A stretch of DNA of 64,000 bases from Geosiphon pyriformis uo1. Lineage: Eukaryota > Fungi > Glomeromycota. Location: NCBI GenBank assembly GCA_016748015.1, contig JAAOMT010000348.1, positions 37,171-101,170 of the forward strand, written 5' to 3'. The notes under the pieces were generated by a model. The model was given only the letters and a program-made list of their open reading frames with translations, did no database searches and was not told the origin of the DNA. Of this stretch, positions 37,164 through 48,780 are shown piece by piece (within the stretch, counting starts at the first letter, position 1; every line of letters starts with the position of its first letter). A program made the translations under genes and the position numbers.

Positions 37164-40100
37164 CTAATCTTGTCTCATTCTGGAGAGACAGTCAACATTG
37201 GTGTGGAGTTTTCCTAGTTTGTGATGTACTATGTATTGGTAGTTTGTTAGAAATTCTGTCCATCGGGTTTGTTTTGCATTCAGCTAAGTATTTTTGTTCT
37301 GAAGCCATTTGAGTCCAATATTATCAGTGATAATATTGAATTCTTTAGGCTTGAGATAAAGGTTGAAGTGGTATAGGGCCCAAATTACGGCTGCTGTTTC
37401 TAGTTCTGTGGCAGGGTAGTTTTTCTCAGCTGGTTTTAATGTTCTGCTAGCATAAGCAATTACTCGCTCATTTCTGTTGTCATCTAGTTGTGATAAAATG
37501 GCACCAAAGGCAGTATACGAAGCATCTGTAGCTAATTGAAATTGGTTGCTGAAATCTGGGTAAGCAAGAATTGGAGCTGTTATCAGTTTTTCCTTGAGAA
37601 TTTCAAAAGCTTTTTGGTGTTCGGTAGTCTATTTGTATTTGACGTTTTTGGTGGTGAGCTGGTTGAGAGGTTTTGCAATTTCCGAGAATCCTTTAATAAA
37701 CTTCCAATAGTAGGATGCTAATTCTATGAATTCTCTTAGTTCTGTAGTATTTTGAGGAGTTTTGAAATTTTTGACAACGCTGATTTTTCCAGGGTCTGGT
37801 TTGATTCCATCTTTACTAACAATATGACTAAGGAAGATCAGGCTTGTTTTTCCAAAGTAGCATTTTTCAATATTGAGTTTTAGTTCTGCTTTTCATAATC
37901 ATTAAAAAACTTCTCACAGATGTTTTAAGTGTAATTCGAATGATGGAGAATAAACATTAGTATCGTCAAGATAAACAACTACTGACTTCCAAAGAAGTCC
38001 TTGGTACACAACATTCATTAATCTCTGAAATGTTGCTGGTGCATTGCATAATCCAAAAAGCATTACATTGAATTCGTAATTTCTGCCTTGGGTGGTGAAT
38101 GCTGTTTTGGGGTGATCTTTGAGATCCATAGCAACTTGCCAGTAACTGCTTTCTAAATCTAGTGTTGAAAAGTATTTGGATTTTCCAAGAGCATTTAACA
38201 TGTCATCAATCCAGAAAAGGGGGTAGGCATCTCCAATTGTAACACTGTTGAGTTGTTGATAGTCAACACAAAATTGGATCTTTCTATTTTTCTTTTTAAC
38301 TAGCACTACAGGTGAAGCCCAAGGACTCATAGAGGGTTGGATAAGCCCATTGTTAAGCATTCGTTGTATTTCTTCTCAGATGAATTGGTGGCTTTCTGGA
38401 ACAACTCGATATGCTTATTGTCTTCTTGGTTTGGCATCTTCTGTATAAATTTGGTGTTGGACTAAATTGGTTCTTCCTAAGTCATTGTTGTTTTCAGCAA
38501 AGATATCAGCAAATTCTGCAATTAGCTCTTTGAGCTGGGTCTGTTGTTGTGATTCAAGTTGTCCCATGTTAATTCGAGATAGTTTTTCCATGACAACATG
38601 GTAGTTTTCAGAGCTGGGATTTGAGTTGATTTTTGGTATTGAATGTCCAATAATTTCAGAGAAATCAGGGACTGTTTGGGGTAATTTTTGTTAAAATATA
38701 TTACTGTGAATAACTCCAATTTCTAAATTATTTAATAAAATTATGGGGTAATTATTGGGATTGTAAAAAGTAACTTGGACTTTCTTTGTTCCTTCTGGAA
38801 TATAAATATTTGGGATTGAAATATTATGTTCCAAGCAGACTTGTTCATTGGACTCAAAAATTTGTTGTGTGGTTGTTGGCTTTAGGCAGGTGTAGATTTC
38901 CAGATGTTCTCCAAAGAGTGAGATAGTAATCAGTTGTGGAAGTCTGAGAATCTGGTGAGATTTGTTCTGTGTATTAAGAGCTATATTAACTAGAACTGTA
39001 AATCGTCCAGTTGAACCAAAACCTTGGGTTCCTCTATTGCTTTTTCCTAATTGTTCTCTTTGATCAATTAGTTGCAAACCCAAAATATTGATTAAGGGTA
39101 GGTAAATAGCTTGAACAATTTTTTCAGCATGTTCAATCTTGAATAGTTTGTCAGTTTTGTTTTGAAGCATTACTGTAATGTCTCCAGTATATCCAGCATC
39201 AATTATTCCTCCTCTAACATTGATTTTTTTGCTTGCCAGAAAGAACCAGGAGGTGATTTGAACTATTGCTTCTGGCAGGATTTCGAGTGCAATTTTTAGG
39301 TTGATTTTTGTAAAGAATTTGGGTTTGAGAACAAGAGTATCCTTGCCTGGATATCTTAGGTCATATCCAGCATCAATTTTGTGTGCTTTTTCAGGTTTTA
39401 TTTCTTGTCCATTGTTGTTGAAGTATTTAAGTTGTAAGGCAGACTGATTTTCAATAAGATAGATAGGTGTTGTTTCACTTTCTTCTGTTGCTTCAGGTTC
39501 TCCAAATTCAATTTTGTTCTTATCATTTTTGCTGGGCAAGGGGATACTAAGAGTGTAGCATTCAGGACACCACTGTTCATCACAAGGCATAATGCATTCT
39601 TCACATAGCCTAATGTTTATTTGCTCTAATCATTGAATTTGAGCTTCTTGGATTGGGTAGGTGTGACTTGCAATTTGGTAGTAGACTTTTACTTCATCTT
39701 CGTAATTGAATCCAGCTACTTTCATGGTGTATTCAATGTATTCTGTTTCCTTCATTTGACAAACTTCTTCTTTGGTAGCTCCATTAATTAATGCCATTGC
39801 TAGATCAAAAATCATCTCAGCATCATGGGGGTAGTAATAAAGTTTGTTGAGAGCACTGTTGTATGTTGCATTAAAAGATGTTCTTCTTTTTACTTTTTCT
39901 GAAATTGATAAAGCATATTGGCAGGTCTGATTGCAGACTCCTCCTCTCATGGCTACATCAATCCAATTGTATTCTTCTGGTAGCATATCTCCACAAGTCA
40001 ACCAAGGGATGTTATCCCATTTTTCGCTCCTTTTTATTAGATGGCCCCATCATTCTCTGTAGCAAGCCTTGCAGTAATAACAAGTATGATTCTTATATTC

Positions 40101-42785
40101 TTCTTCAGGTGAAATGCGGGTTTCCATTGACGATAGTTTCTTGTGGCAGTCCTTACATTTAAGGGGAATATAGGGACGTTGTTTCCTTGGTTCGGGTTTT
40201 GAGTAAGGGATATTCCATCCAGAGGTTTTGGGTTTAGTGTGTGGGGTAAAATGTTTTTGTTCTGTTTCATCGGCCCAGTTGGACGTTAATCCAAGAGCCA
40301 TGAATGTTTCAATAAGGAGTTTTTTCTCTTCCAATTCGAATTCAAAAGCTGGGGCTTTTTCAGAGCATTTGTTGAATGTACCACAAGTGGCAAGTACCCA
40401 GGCATGTTGTCCTTGGTAGGAGATTGTTAACTCTTGTGTTTTCCAATTCAGATTAGCATTGGCTTTTTGAAGCCAATCATTTCCAACGAGAGCTTGGTAC
40501 TGGGGTGCATTCATTATAAGAACTTTGACTGGAATGGTGATTCCATCAAGAGTGAACAAAAAATTGTCAATTTCTCCTACTGGAGTCTTTTTCATGCCAT
40601 TGGCAGTGATGATTACTGTTTGAGCTGGTCAGTCAACATTTCTTTTCAACTGTTGCATTAACTGGTAGGTGATAATGCTTCTGGAGGATCCACTGTCTAG
40701 GATCAAGCAAATTGTCTTTTCTTTGACTTCAGCTTCAGTGTATATGGTCGTGATTGCTTTTTGTTCATTGGCAGCTGCATTGCTAAGCAGAAATGGTGAC
40801 TCATTTGCTTCGAACTCAAAAGGGAATATATTTGAAAGATTAGTGTTTTCAGCGATTCTGGCTGGTGAAATTGTGGTGGGAGTATAGGAAGGGTTTGGTT
40901 GTTGTTGTGCTGCAGCTCTACCTTCTAAGAGTGCAGTATAGTGAAAATCCTGTTCTTTCGGCATTGTTAAATAGCTGGGTTGAGTGTGGTAGTGGTTGAG
41001 TCTTGGCTGAGTGGAATTTCAGGGAACCAATTGGTTGTTCGAACTGATTCTATTGTTGTTTACTTGGTATCGGTTTTGTGATATGAATTGATTTTGTGTA
41101 ATCAGTCTTCGAGTAGATACTTGATAATATTGTGTAAGCAGTTGTTGGTATTGCTGTTGGATTGGCTATGGGGCTGGCTGATAATAGTTATTTTGGTATT
41201 GGAGTCTTGGTGGATAGTAAGTTGGTGGTGGTGATTGATAATAAAATTGTTGTGGTGGAGGGTAACGTTGATTACTCCTATTTTGTTGGTCTCATTGTAG
41301 CTTTCTGCAATCTCTTTTTCAGTGGTCAGAGATTCTACAGTAATGGCAATTCTGAGGCTTGTTATTGGAAAGTGGTGCAAAGTTATTTTGATTTCGTCTT
41401 TGGGGTGGTTGATATCTTTGGGGTTGCTGTTATTGTTGATTGGTGAAATAGTTTTCAACCTTTTTTGTGAGTTGGTCAATTTTTTTCTTGGCTGCTGAGC
41501 TGGTTTTTCCAATTGCCAAATTTACAAGTTTTGTGCGGTTGGCCTCTTCCATGACTATTTTGTATCTTTTCGCATGCTGTATGGCAGAGTTTAAATCTTC
41601 TGGTGCATATGGGCGAATCTTTTTAATTAGTTTATCTTTTAGACCAGTGATAAATTGATCCAAGATTTGAGCATCGGAATAATAATTGTTTGTTTTGAGT
41701 TGACAAATTTATCTGAGAAGTTTGTTGAATTTCCCAATATAAGTCATAACAGATTTGGGGGGTTCTTGTTTGATATTTTGAAAATGATTGCGAAGGGTGA
41801 TGGAGGTATTATTGTCGGTGAACTGTTCAAGGAAGACTGCTTTGAAAGTGTTCCAATTATTGAATGGGGCGGCCAAGTTTTCAAACCATTCTCCTGCTGT
41901 TCTTTTAAGAAAGTAGGGAATTGTTCTTAATATTCTGGCAGCATTCCATCCATTTGCATCTCCAGTTTTAGTAATTTGGTCGAGCCATTTTTGGGGACTG
42001 GTCTTAATATCTTTTCCATTGAATTCAGGGATTTTTGCAATGTATGTTGTCATTTTGTCTTCTTTCTTTTCACTGTCTATTGATTCTTCTTCAGTTATTT
42101 CAGAGTTGTTTTCTTTGTTTGCTGCTGTCTCAGAGTGTTCACTTTGATTTTCAGCTAGAAAATCAAGGAGATTGGAACTAGTTTGAAGGGGTTCTTGTTG
42201 TCTGATGAGACTTCTGAGTGCTGTAAAATCTTCTGGTCTTGCAAATCGATTTAAGGGTGAATTAGGTATTTGTGCTTGTGCAAGTGAAGCTGGAAAAGGT
42301 GTAATAGTAAGTGGAAGTTTTGAACTGGTTTCTTGTTCAGATGTTTGTAAATGGTTGGCAGTTGTTTTCGGTAGTGTTGGAATATTTGGGGTGGTTCTTG
42401 AGTATTGCTTCAATTTGTTTTTGCCTTTGTTGTTTGTTTCTGTTTCTGATTCAAAATCAATAGTGTATTGAGACTGCACTGGATATGTTTCTTCACAGTA
42501 TTTAATAATGTTGAAATTAAGTTTATGAAAGTAAATGGCAAGTGTTTCACTGTTAAGGTCTTTAGTTCCCAACTGTGAATAGTGTGCTAAATTATTGTAA
42601 AGGTTGCTTCTAACTTCTGAGATATTGTAATTTTCAAAAAGATAATTGTTGATGCAGTTTTCAATGTATTGGTATACTGATTTCTTAACAACTTCAATTC
42701 TGTCTGGAATGTTGAATCTTTGCTTGCAGTGGGTGTAAATTGATTGGTAATACTCTAGAGTTGTGGTGTCTGGTGTGGTTGCCAC
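37164..42785 (-). pseudogene. A2 ORF1: Gag-PR-Cys-rich-dUTPase-RT-RNase H, single frame of ~1874 codons with point stops
   Basis: ORF-track fragments starting at 42785, 41663, 40964, 40595, 40001, 39590 and 38360 share one frame; LILDSGS, YLDD, ATDAS, ends LSRMRQD*. Confidence 0.92.
39006..39431 (-). pseudogene. dut: dUTPase domain of A2
   Basis: DAGYDL, GGIIDAGYTGDI, EKIVQAI, RGTQGFGSTG. Confidence 0.93.
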
Positions 42786-42810
42786 TTTGAAGTTGTTTTT
42801 GCTGTGTTGT

Positions 42811-42828
42811 TTCCGTGAGAGAGCACCA
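42811..42828 (-). promoter_or_regulatory. Primer binding site of A2
   Basis: + strand TTCCGTGAGAGAGCACCA reads as a tRNA 3' end (T-stem half CCGTG, acceptor half AGAGAGC, A, CCA). Confidence 0.85.
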
Positions 42829-42830
42829 AA

Positions 42831-43813
42831 TGTTACTGGAGATTTTTGGTCTCTTTTCTTGAATGTTGTTAATGTTAATTTTGTTGTAAATTCACGTTTC
42901 CAAGAAGTAGTTGAACCTCCAGTAACTGAATTTTATCTTCAAATTATAGGAGATAATTTGAACTGCTGGGCTTATAAATGGAATAGCCAATTCCTTGCCA
43001 GTTACTTTATGTAGTTACATTGTAATAAATGTCAACTCTTTCCCAGGAATTGCTTGTCTGGAAGCTCACTAAAAATATGTGTAGTTACTTTGCTGTAAAA
43101 GTCAACTCTTCTACAAGAATCTCGTCTGTAGGCTACCCTAATGATTGTAATAAGAAAAGAAAAGGAAAAATAAAAGAAATGTAAAAGAAATAAGATTTTA
43201 TCAAGAGAAACATTTTTGATTCAGGCCTGGAGTTACTAACAGTTTATTGAAATTAGTAGCTAATCAATTTCAAAATGTTAGTTGAGTTTTGGGGATTTTT
43301 CAAGTGTAATAATTAAAGAATTTGGTTTTTCAAATTATTTGATATTTATTTCTTTTGTGTGTGTAGGAATAGTTCTAAGTGATAAATCTAAAGTAAGATA
43401 TATTTTCTCAAAGAGAAAAGCTCTTCTTTTATACAACTTGTCATAACATTATTCTATGAACTTGAACTTTGCTATTTTCTACAATTTTGCTGAACTAAAG
43501 ATACATTTCGGTGAACTACAAGTTATTTCTGTGAACTATAAGATATTTTGGTAAACTATCAATTATTTCAGCAAATTTCTATAAATTTCAGTGAACTTTT
43601 GAATGTTACATAGTTCGAAGTATTGCATGATTGATCATTGCAATTAGGTTACATTTGTGTTGTATACAATTTGGGTTATTAATTAAATGATAATTTCGGA
43701 CATTTTTGCTAATGTAATGAGTAGTAATTGGAAATGATAATATATGCTAATTAATGATAGGAATTATAAGATAGTTTTATGCTAAATGATATCTCTAATT
43801 TTGTCAGGTAACA
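42831..43813 (-). repeat. A2 5' LTR
   Basis: TGTTACT...GGTAACA adjacent to the PBS. Confidence 0.95.
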
Positions 43814-46800
43814 ATGATTAAGGAATTGTCTAATAGAAAAACTGCTGGCTTGTTTAGTATTTCTAATAAGTTTTGAAAGCATAATAATATACAGATTCTG
43901 GATGGTTTATTAAATATTCTTAATGTATACTTAATAGGGAATGTAGTATTTGTATATTAGAAACATGCTTGAGTTTCTATAATACTGAAGCCATATGACT
44001 AAAAAAAAACTTTTACTAATACCAGACTAATAGTATTAATTAAAACAGTCTGAAAAATTTTATCTAAGATTCTATTGGACAAAATCTCTTTGGCTTATTG
44101 TAAGTTTGATGTTTTGTATAATAATAACTTCTCAGTTCTGAAGAATATATCTACATAAATTCTGATTTTTGCTATTGGTTCAATTATTAAGGATGTATTA
44201 AAAAAAATAGAAAGCTATGGCTGGTTTTTTAGAACATAAAAAAAGCATATAATTCTATTAAATGGTTTCACTTGTGAAACAGTTTGATTAGAATTAAAAT
44301 GTATTTCTATTTTATTGAGTTTTTTGGAAGTATATACAATGATTAAATCAATTAGATAATAATAAATTTTAGGCTTACAAATAATTATGTTGTTTATGAT
44401 GATCTGAATCAAAGAAAAATGTTTTTACTACTATTGTAGAAGATCTTTTATGATCCTTTACTTTGCAAAATTAAGAAAAATAATAGATTATATAGATACA
44501 GATTGAATTTTAGGTTTTTTTATAAAGTCTGACAAGCAGAATCTCAAAGGTGACAAGACATCTTTTCTGGCAGCTGGGGCTTTTATGGACAACACAATTT
44601 GGATTAGAAATAGTATGTTTACTACTCAAAACATTTTAAACATAGCAAGTAAATTTTTTCAGATTAATAATATTTTGATTAATACAAACAAAACAGTTGT
44701 CATACCCATTAATTGAAAAGTAGAAAACTTTCAACTATTAGTTAGTAAATTCAATATTTTAATCACAAAGAAAAATGAATCTTATAGATACTTGGGCATT
44801 TTTTTGTTTATGAATGGTCTCTTTAAACCTAGTATTATTAAAGCTTATTCAAATGTTAAGTTTTTTACAAATCTGGTTTTAAAGAAAACTGTATTGAATA
44901 AGCAATTTTTGTACCTAGTGTCTGTAGTATTTCAGCTTATTATTAGTTATAGAGTACAGTTTAGTTATATTTTAATAAGTGTATATGAAAAATAAGACAG
45001 ATTGTTTAAAAAAGAGCTAAAGCTCAAAACCAACCTATCTAAAGATATTTCAAATAAAACCATCTCTTATCCTAAGTTGTATGGTCTCAAATTTTTTGGG
45101 CAGATATAAGTTAAATATTTACTAATTAGTTTGGTTAATTTCACCAACTTGGGGGATATTCTTGGTAATTTGTTTGAAAACAAGGCCATAAATCTGTAGG
45201 CTGTTAGCTGAATGCCTTAGCAGCTCTTAAGCTTTCTGATCAAATTGTCAATTAATTTCATTAATTGCTTTCTGGCCAACATAACTAACACATTGACATT
45301 ATATGAATTATTTTTAATCAATAATATACTTAATGTTTTTTGGGCTGGTAGTAGTGTTTTTGTTGCAAATATCTTAGATATAGACTGGTACTTAGATGTA
45401 ATAAGCTTACTAAAAAGATTTGGCATTGTTTTTATGAATTAATTGTTGGATTATTATAACATGTGTTTTACATAAAACACATTTTACAGATAGAAAAGAT
45501 TGAATTTTAGGGACCATGTTTCTGATTGATTTATTTTATTGGTCTCATTTATTAAGAATGATGGTTTGGCTGATGGTAGTGTTTTGGTTTATTGTTCTGC
45601 TCTTAATAAATACTTATACAATCTAGAATTTATTAATAAGTGTCTTATTAAAAATAAGTTTGGTAAAATAAGTGTTTATACAGATAAATTAATTTGGGGT
45701 TTGAAATTTTTAAGTGCTTATAGTAATGCCACTACTTACTTTTTGAATGTTGATTTGAGTATAAAAGTTAAGATCTATAATTTGCTTACTTTAATTCTGG
45801 CAAAACTGCAGATCATTGTTCTTATTTTAGACTGCATTCCAGTTTTAAGCTCAATGATATTGTTTACAGATAGTTAGGCATTTTTGAATATGTGTGCTTT
45901 AATTAATAATTGTGTTGTTTTCAATTTTCATGAAAAATGCTGAATTGAGAAAGAACACATTCATTTTACTATTGCTTTTAAAAACTTGTTAATTTGTTAG
46001 AAAAAAGTCAAAAAACATTCTGGAATTGTTGATAATGAGTGTGCTGACTTTTTTGCTAGTGCCACCAAGTTTAAGTTTGTGTTGCCTGTTAAAATACTGC
46101 ATTGTTTTCTTGCTATTAAAGACAAATCTGTTTCTAGAAATACTTGTTACTTTGTAAGATATTTGTTTGAGACTGTTGGTTTTGTTGATTGAGAATTCAA
46201 GTATGTAAGTAATATTGTAAATGTAAATTTTGGTAAATTACTGAATATGTATTAGACTTTTTACATTTAACAACCTGATAGTAGAATTTATTCTGGTTTT
46301 TTAAGCTCTGCCTTTGCAATACTAAGATCTTATTTTATAAAGACTCTACATTATTGACTGCCTACAGCCAAGAAAAAAAGACTATATAGTTTGAGCTATC
46401 TTAGCATATTGTGTATCTGGTGTGAATTAATTAAGAATTCTGATTATATATTTTGTATATAGAAAACATTAATATTAAAAAAAAGTTAATTTCTGATATG
46501 ATTAAAGCTTGGACAAATTTGCTAGACATTGGTAATACTGGCTGTACAATGATTTGATTATTGTATAAGGCTGAATTTTCTGGTTGCTTGTATATAGCTT
46601 TGGCCAAAAGTTTTGTGATGAAAGAGTGAGTAATTAATATAGTAAGTTTGTTAGGTTTTGAGTCTAATAGGAGTTTGATAGTTATCAATTTGGTCTGAAA
46701 TTTTACTAAAGATTATAGATTTGCTATCTAAATGCTAACTACCAAATTAAAAATACATTACAAGAAACAGAGTTTTTATTAAGAAATAGATCCATAATTC

Positions 46801-47094
46801 CAGTTGTTTCTGGTTTGGTATCTCTGTGATCTCATAAGATGATTTGTAATTTGGCATCAAGTTAGATACTTATGTTTGTTTTAGTTTGTATTCTGGTTTG
46901 GCAAATATGTATTTTAATTTTTTGTATAATTTCTCTATAATAAATGATTTAAGTGTATAATGTTATTTTAATTGGTTTAAGTAACTAGTCATGTATAAAA
47001 AAAGCATAAATTATATTTAATTTAGAATTTTGTTTGATTTTATGTACTTAGATAATGATTGGGCTAAATTTGTAAAACTTTAATAATAAAAAAA

Positions 47095-47520
47095 TTACTA
47101 TTTAAAAAAAATATAAAAAATTTTTTTTATTTAATATATAATATAAATTAGTCAATTATATGTTAAAAATAGTAAATAACTTAAACTAAAAATTTTAAAA
47201 ATATTAAAATATAAAAATATTAAAAAATAATAATAATTCAAAAAAATTATAAAAATAATTAAAAATATTAAAAAAAATATTAAAATATTTAGTTTTTTTT
47301 GTTAAAATAATTATTTTTTAATTAAATAATTATTTATAATAAATATATTAATTAAAATTATTAAATATATAAATTTAATTTATTAAATTACTTATTTATT
47401 TTTAATATTTTGTTTAATAAAAGCAATTAATATTTAAAAAATCTAATATATTAAAACAATAGTTTTTAATTATTAATAAAATACAAAAAATCATCAAATT
47501 TTGTTAAATTTTTTCTTTAA
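47095..47520. other. Extremely AT-rich spacer between the LINE-c tail and the LINE-d head
   Basis: Almost no G or C and no ORF. Confidence 0.8.
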
Positions 47521-48780
47521 AATCTTAAAAAAACTTCTTTTTCTCTTATATTCACAAATCCTTAAAAAGCACTTTTCTAAAAAAGAAGTTTTTTTTATTT
47601 TTTTCTTGTTAGTATCTCACAATTTCTCTTTTTAATAATCTCTTTTTCGTGAACTTGGAGACTGCTTCTAATAGCAACATGTCTAAAAAGAAGACATCAA
47701 AGAATGTTTTTCATGGTCCTACAGATGGCTTTTTCTCATAGAAAAAAAAAGTTGCACTTGGGAATATCAAACACTTGAGTGACAAAAAAAATATCTCTCT
47801 GAACAAGTCTGAGCTTGGTGACAATATGTTTTCTGATGTAAATAGTCTGTTTAGTGATAAAAAAGATGCTAATATGACTGGTATTAATGTTGGGTTTCTT
47901 CTGGATTTGGCTGTCAACACTTTTAAATTAAAGCATGTCAATACTAGTGCCATTTTTGGTTCTCTTAATTTTGTTATGAATGATGATGAAGAAGTTTCTT
48001 TTTCTTCTCAGCTCCCAATTTTCCTAAATAAAAAATGAATTGACCCAAAAATTATTAAGACTCAGATGAATTTTGCTGTTAAAAAATCATTTGCTTTGGA
48101 CATCAATCTTTCAGCAATGGAAGACAATTTAGCAACAATGAAAACTCAAATCATCAGAAAATTATTTTTATTAGTCAATGGTTTTGGAAGGACCACTACC
48201 CTCTTAAAATTTGAGAAAATTATTAGATCTATCTTTACTTCAAAAAAAGCATGAAAATGGCTATGTTATTGGTCAGAGAGAAAGGAATCAATGTAAACAG
48301 TGATCTTAAAAGACAAGAAATAAGGTCAGATTGGGCTGTGGTAATCAAGAAAATTCCCATAGATACACTTAAAAATATGATTATTGCCACAGTATCCAAA
48401 TTTGGAGAAATTAAGTCAATCAAAATTTAATTAATTGAGATGTGGCAAAAGACTGTGGTGAAATTTGCTAAATTGGACCAAACTAATGTGTTGGCCTCTA
48501 AGTGGTCATTCCTAATTGGTAAGGATTCTGTGTGTGTAGCCAAAGCAGTGAGAGATCATGAAATTTGGGCATTTAGAGATTGGTTCAGAGCACTTTTGTT
48601 TACTTTGCCAGTAGGAACAATAACACATAATTTTGGGACTCTTTTGAAAAGAGCTGGTGAAAAAACTTGCATCATAAACAGATCTATAGAAACTAGTAAT
48701 AGAATTCACTATGCTGTGGTTGGTTTTGATTCTAATAATGATCTGGAATCTGCTTTTTGCATGAAACCAATTTTTGGTGG

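Larger units (their letters stand above)
33928..43813 (-). mobile_element. Full-length Gypsy family A element A2 (best preserved copy), TSD ATGG/ATGA
   Basis: LTRs 33928-34909 and 42831-43813; PBS 42811-42828; PPT 34913-34922; all ORF1 fragments in one frame. Confidence 0.95.
32388..46960 (+). pseudogene. LINE-c ORF2 (APE-RT-RNase H-CCHC), split by A2 at 33928-43813
   Basis: LSGDFN, KTAG, NTRLI, GAFMDNTIW, YLGIF, VYTD, LFTDS; stop at 46958-46960. Confidence 0.85.
29440..47094 (+). mobile_element. LINE-c, near full-length non-LTR retrotransposon with RNase H, interrupted by a solo A LTR and by element A2 (5' end approximate)
   Basis: 5' motif shared with 47527-47590; ORF1; ORF2 with APE (GDFN, FNTDYKAV), RT, RNase H (VYTD, FTDS) and C-terminal Cys motif; 3' UTR and TAATAATAAAAAAA tail. 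Confidence 0.88.

Noticed and set aside
38691-39590. dUTPase ORFs as host DUT1 genes
   Set aside because: In frame with protease and RT inside LTR-bounded elements.
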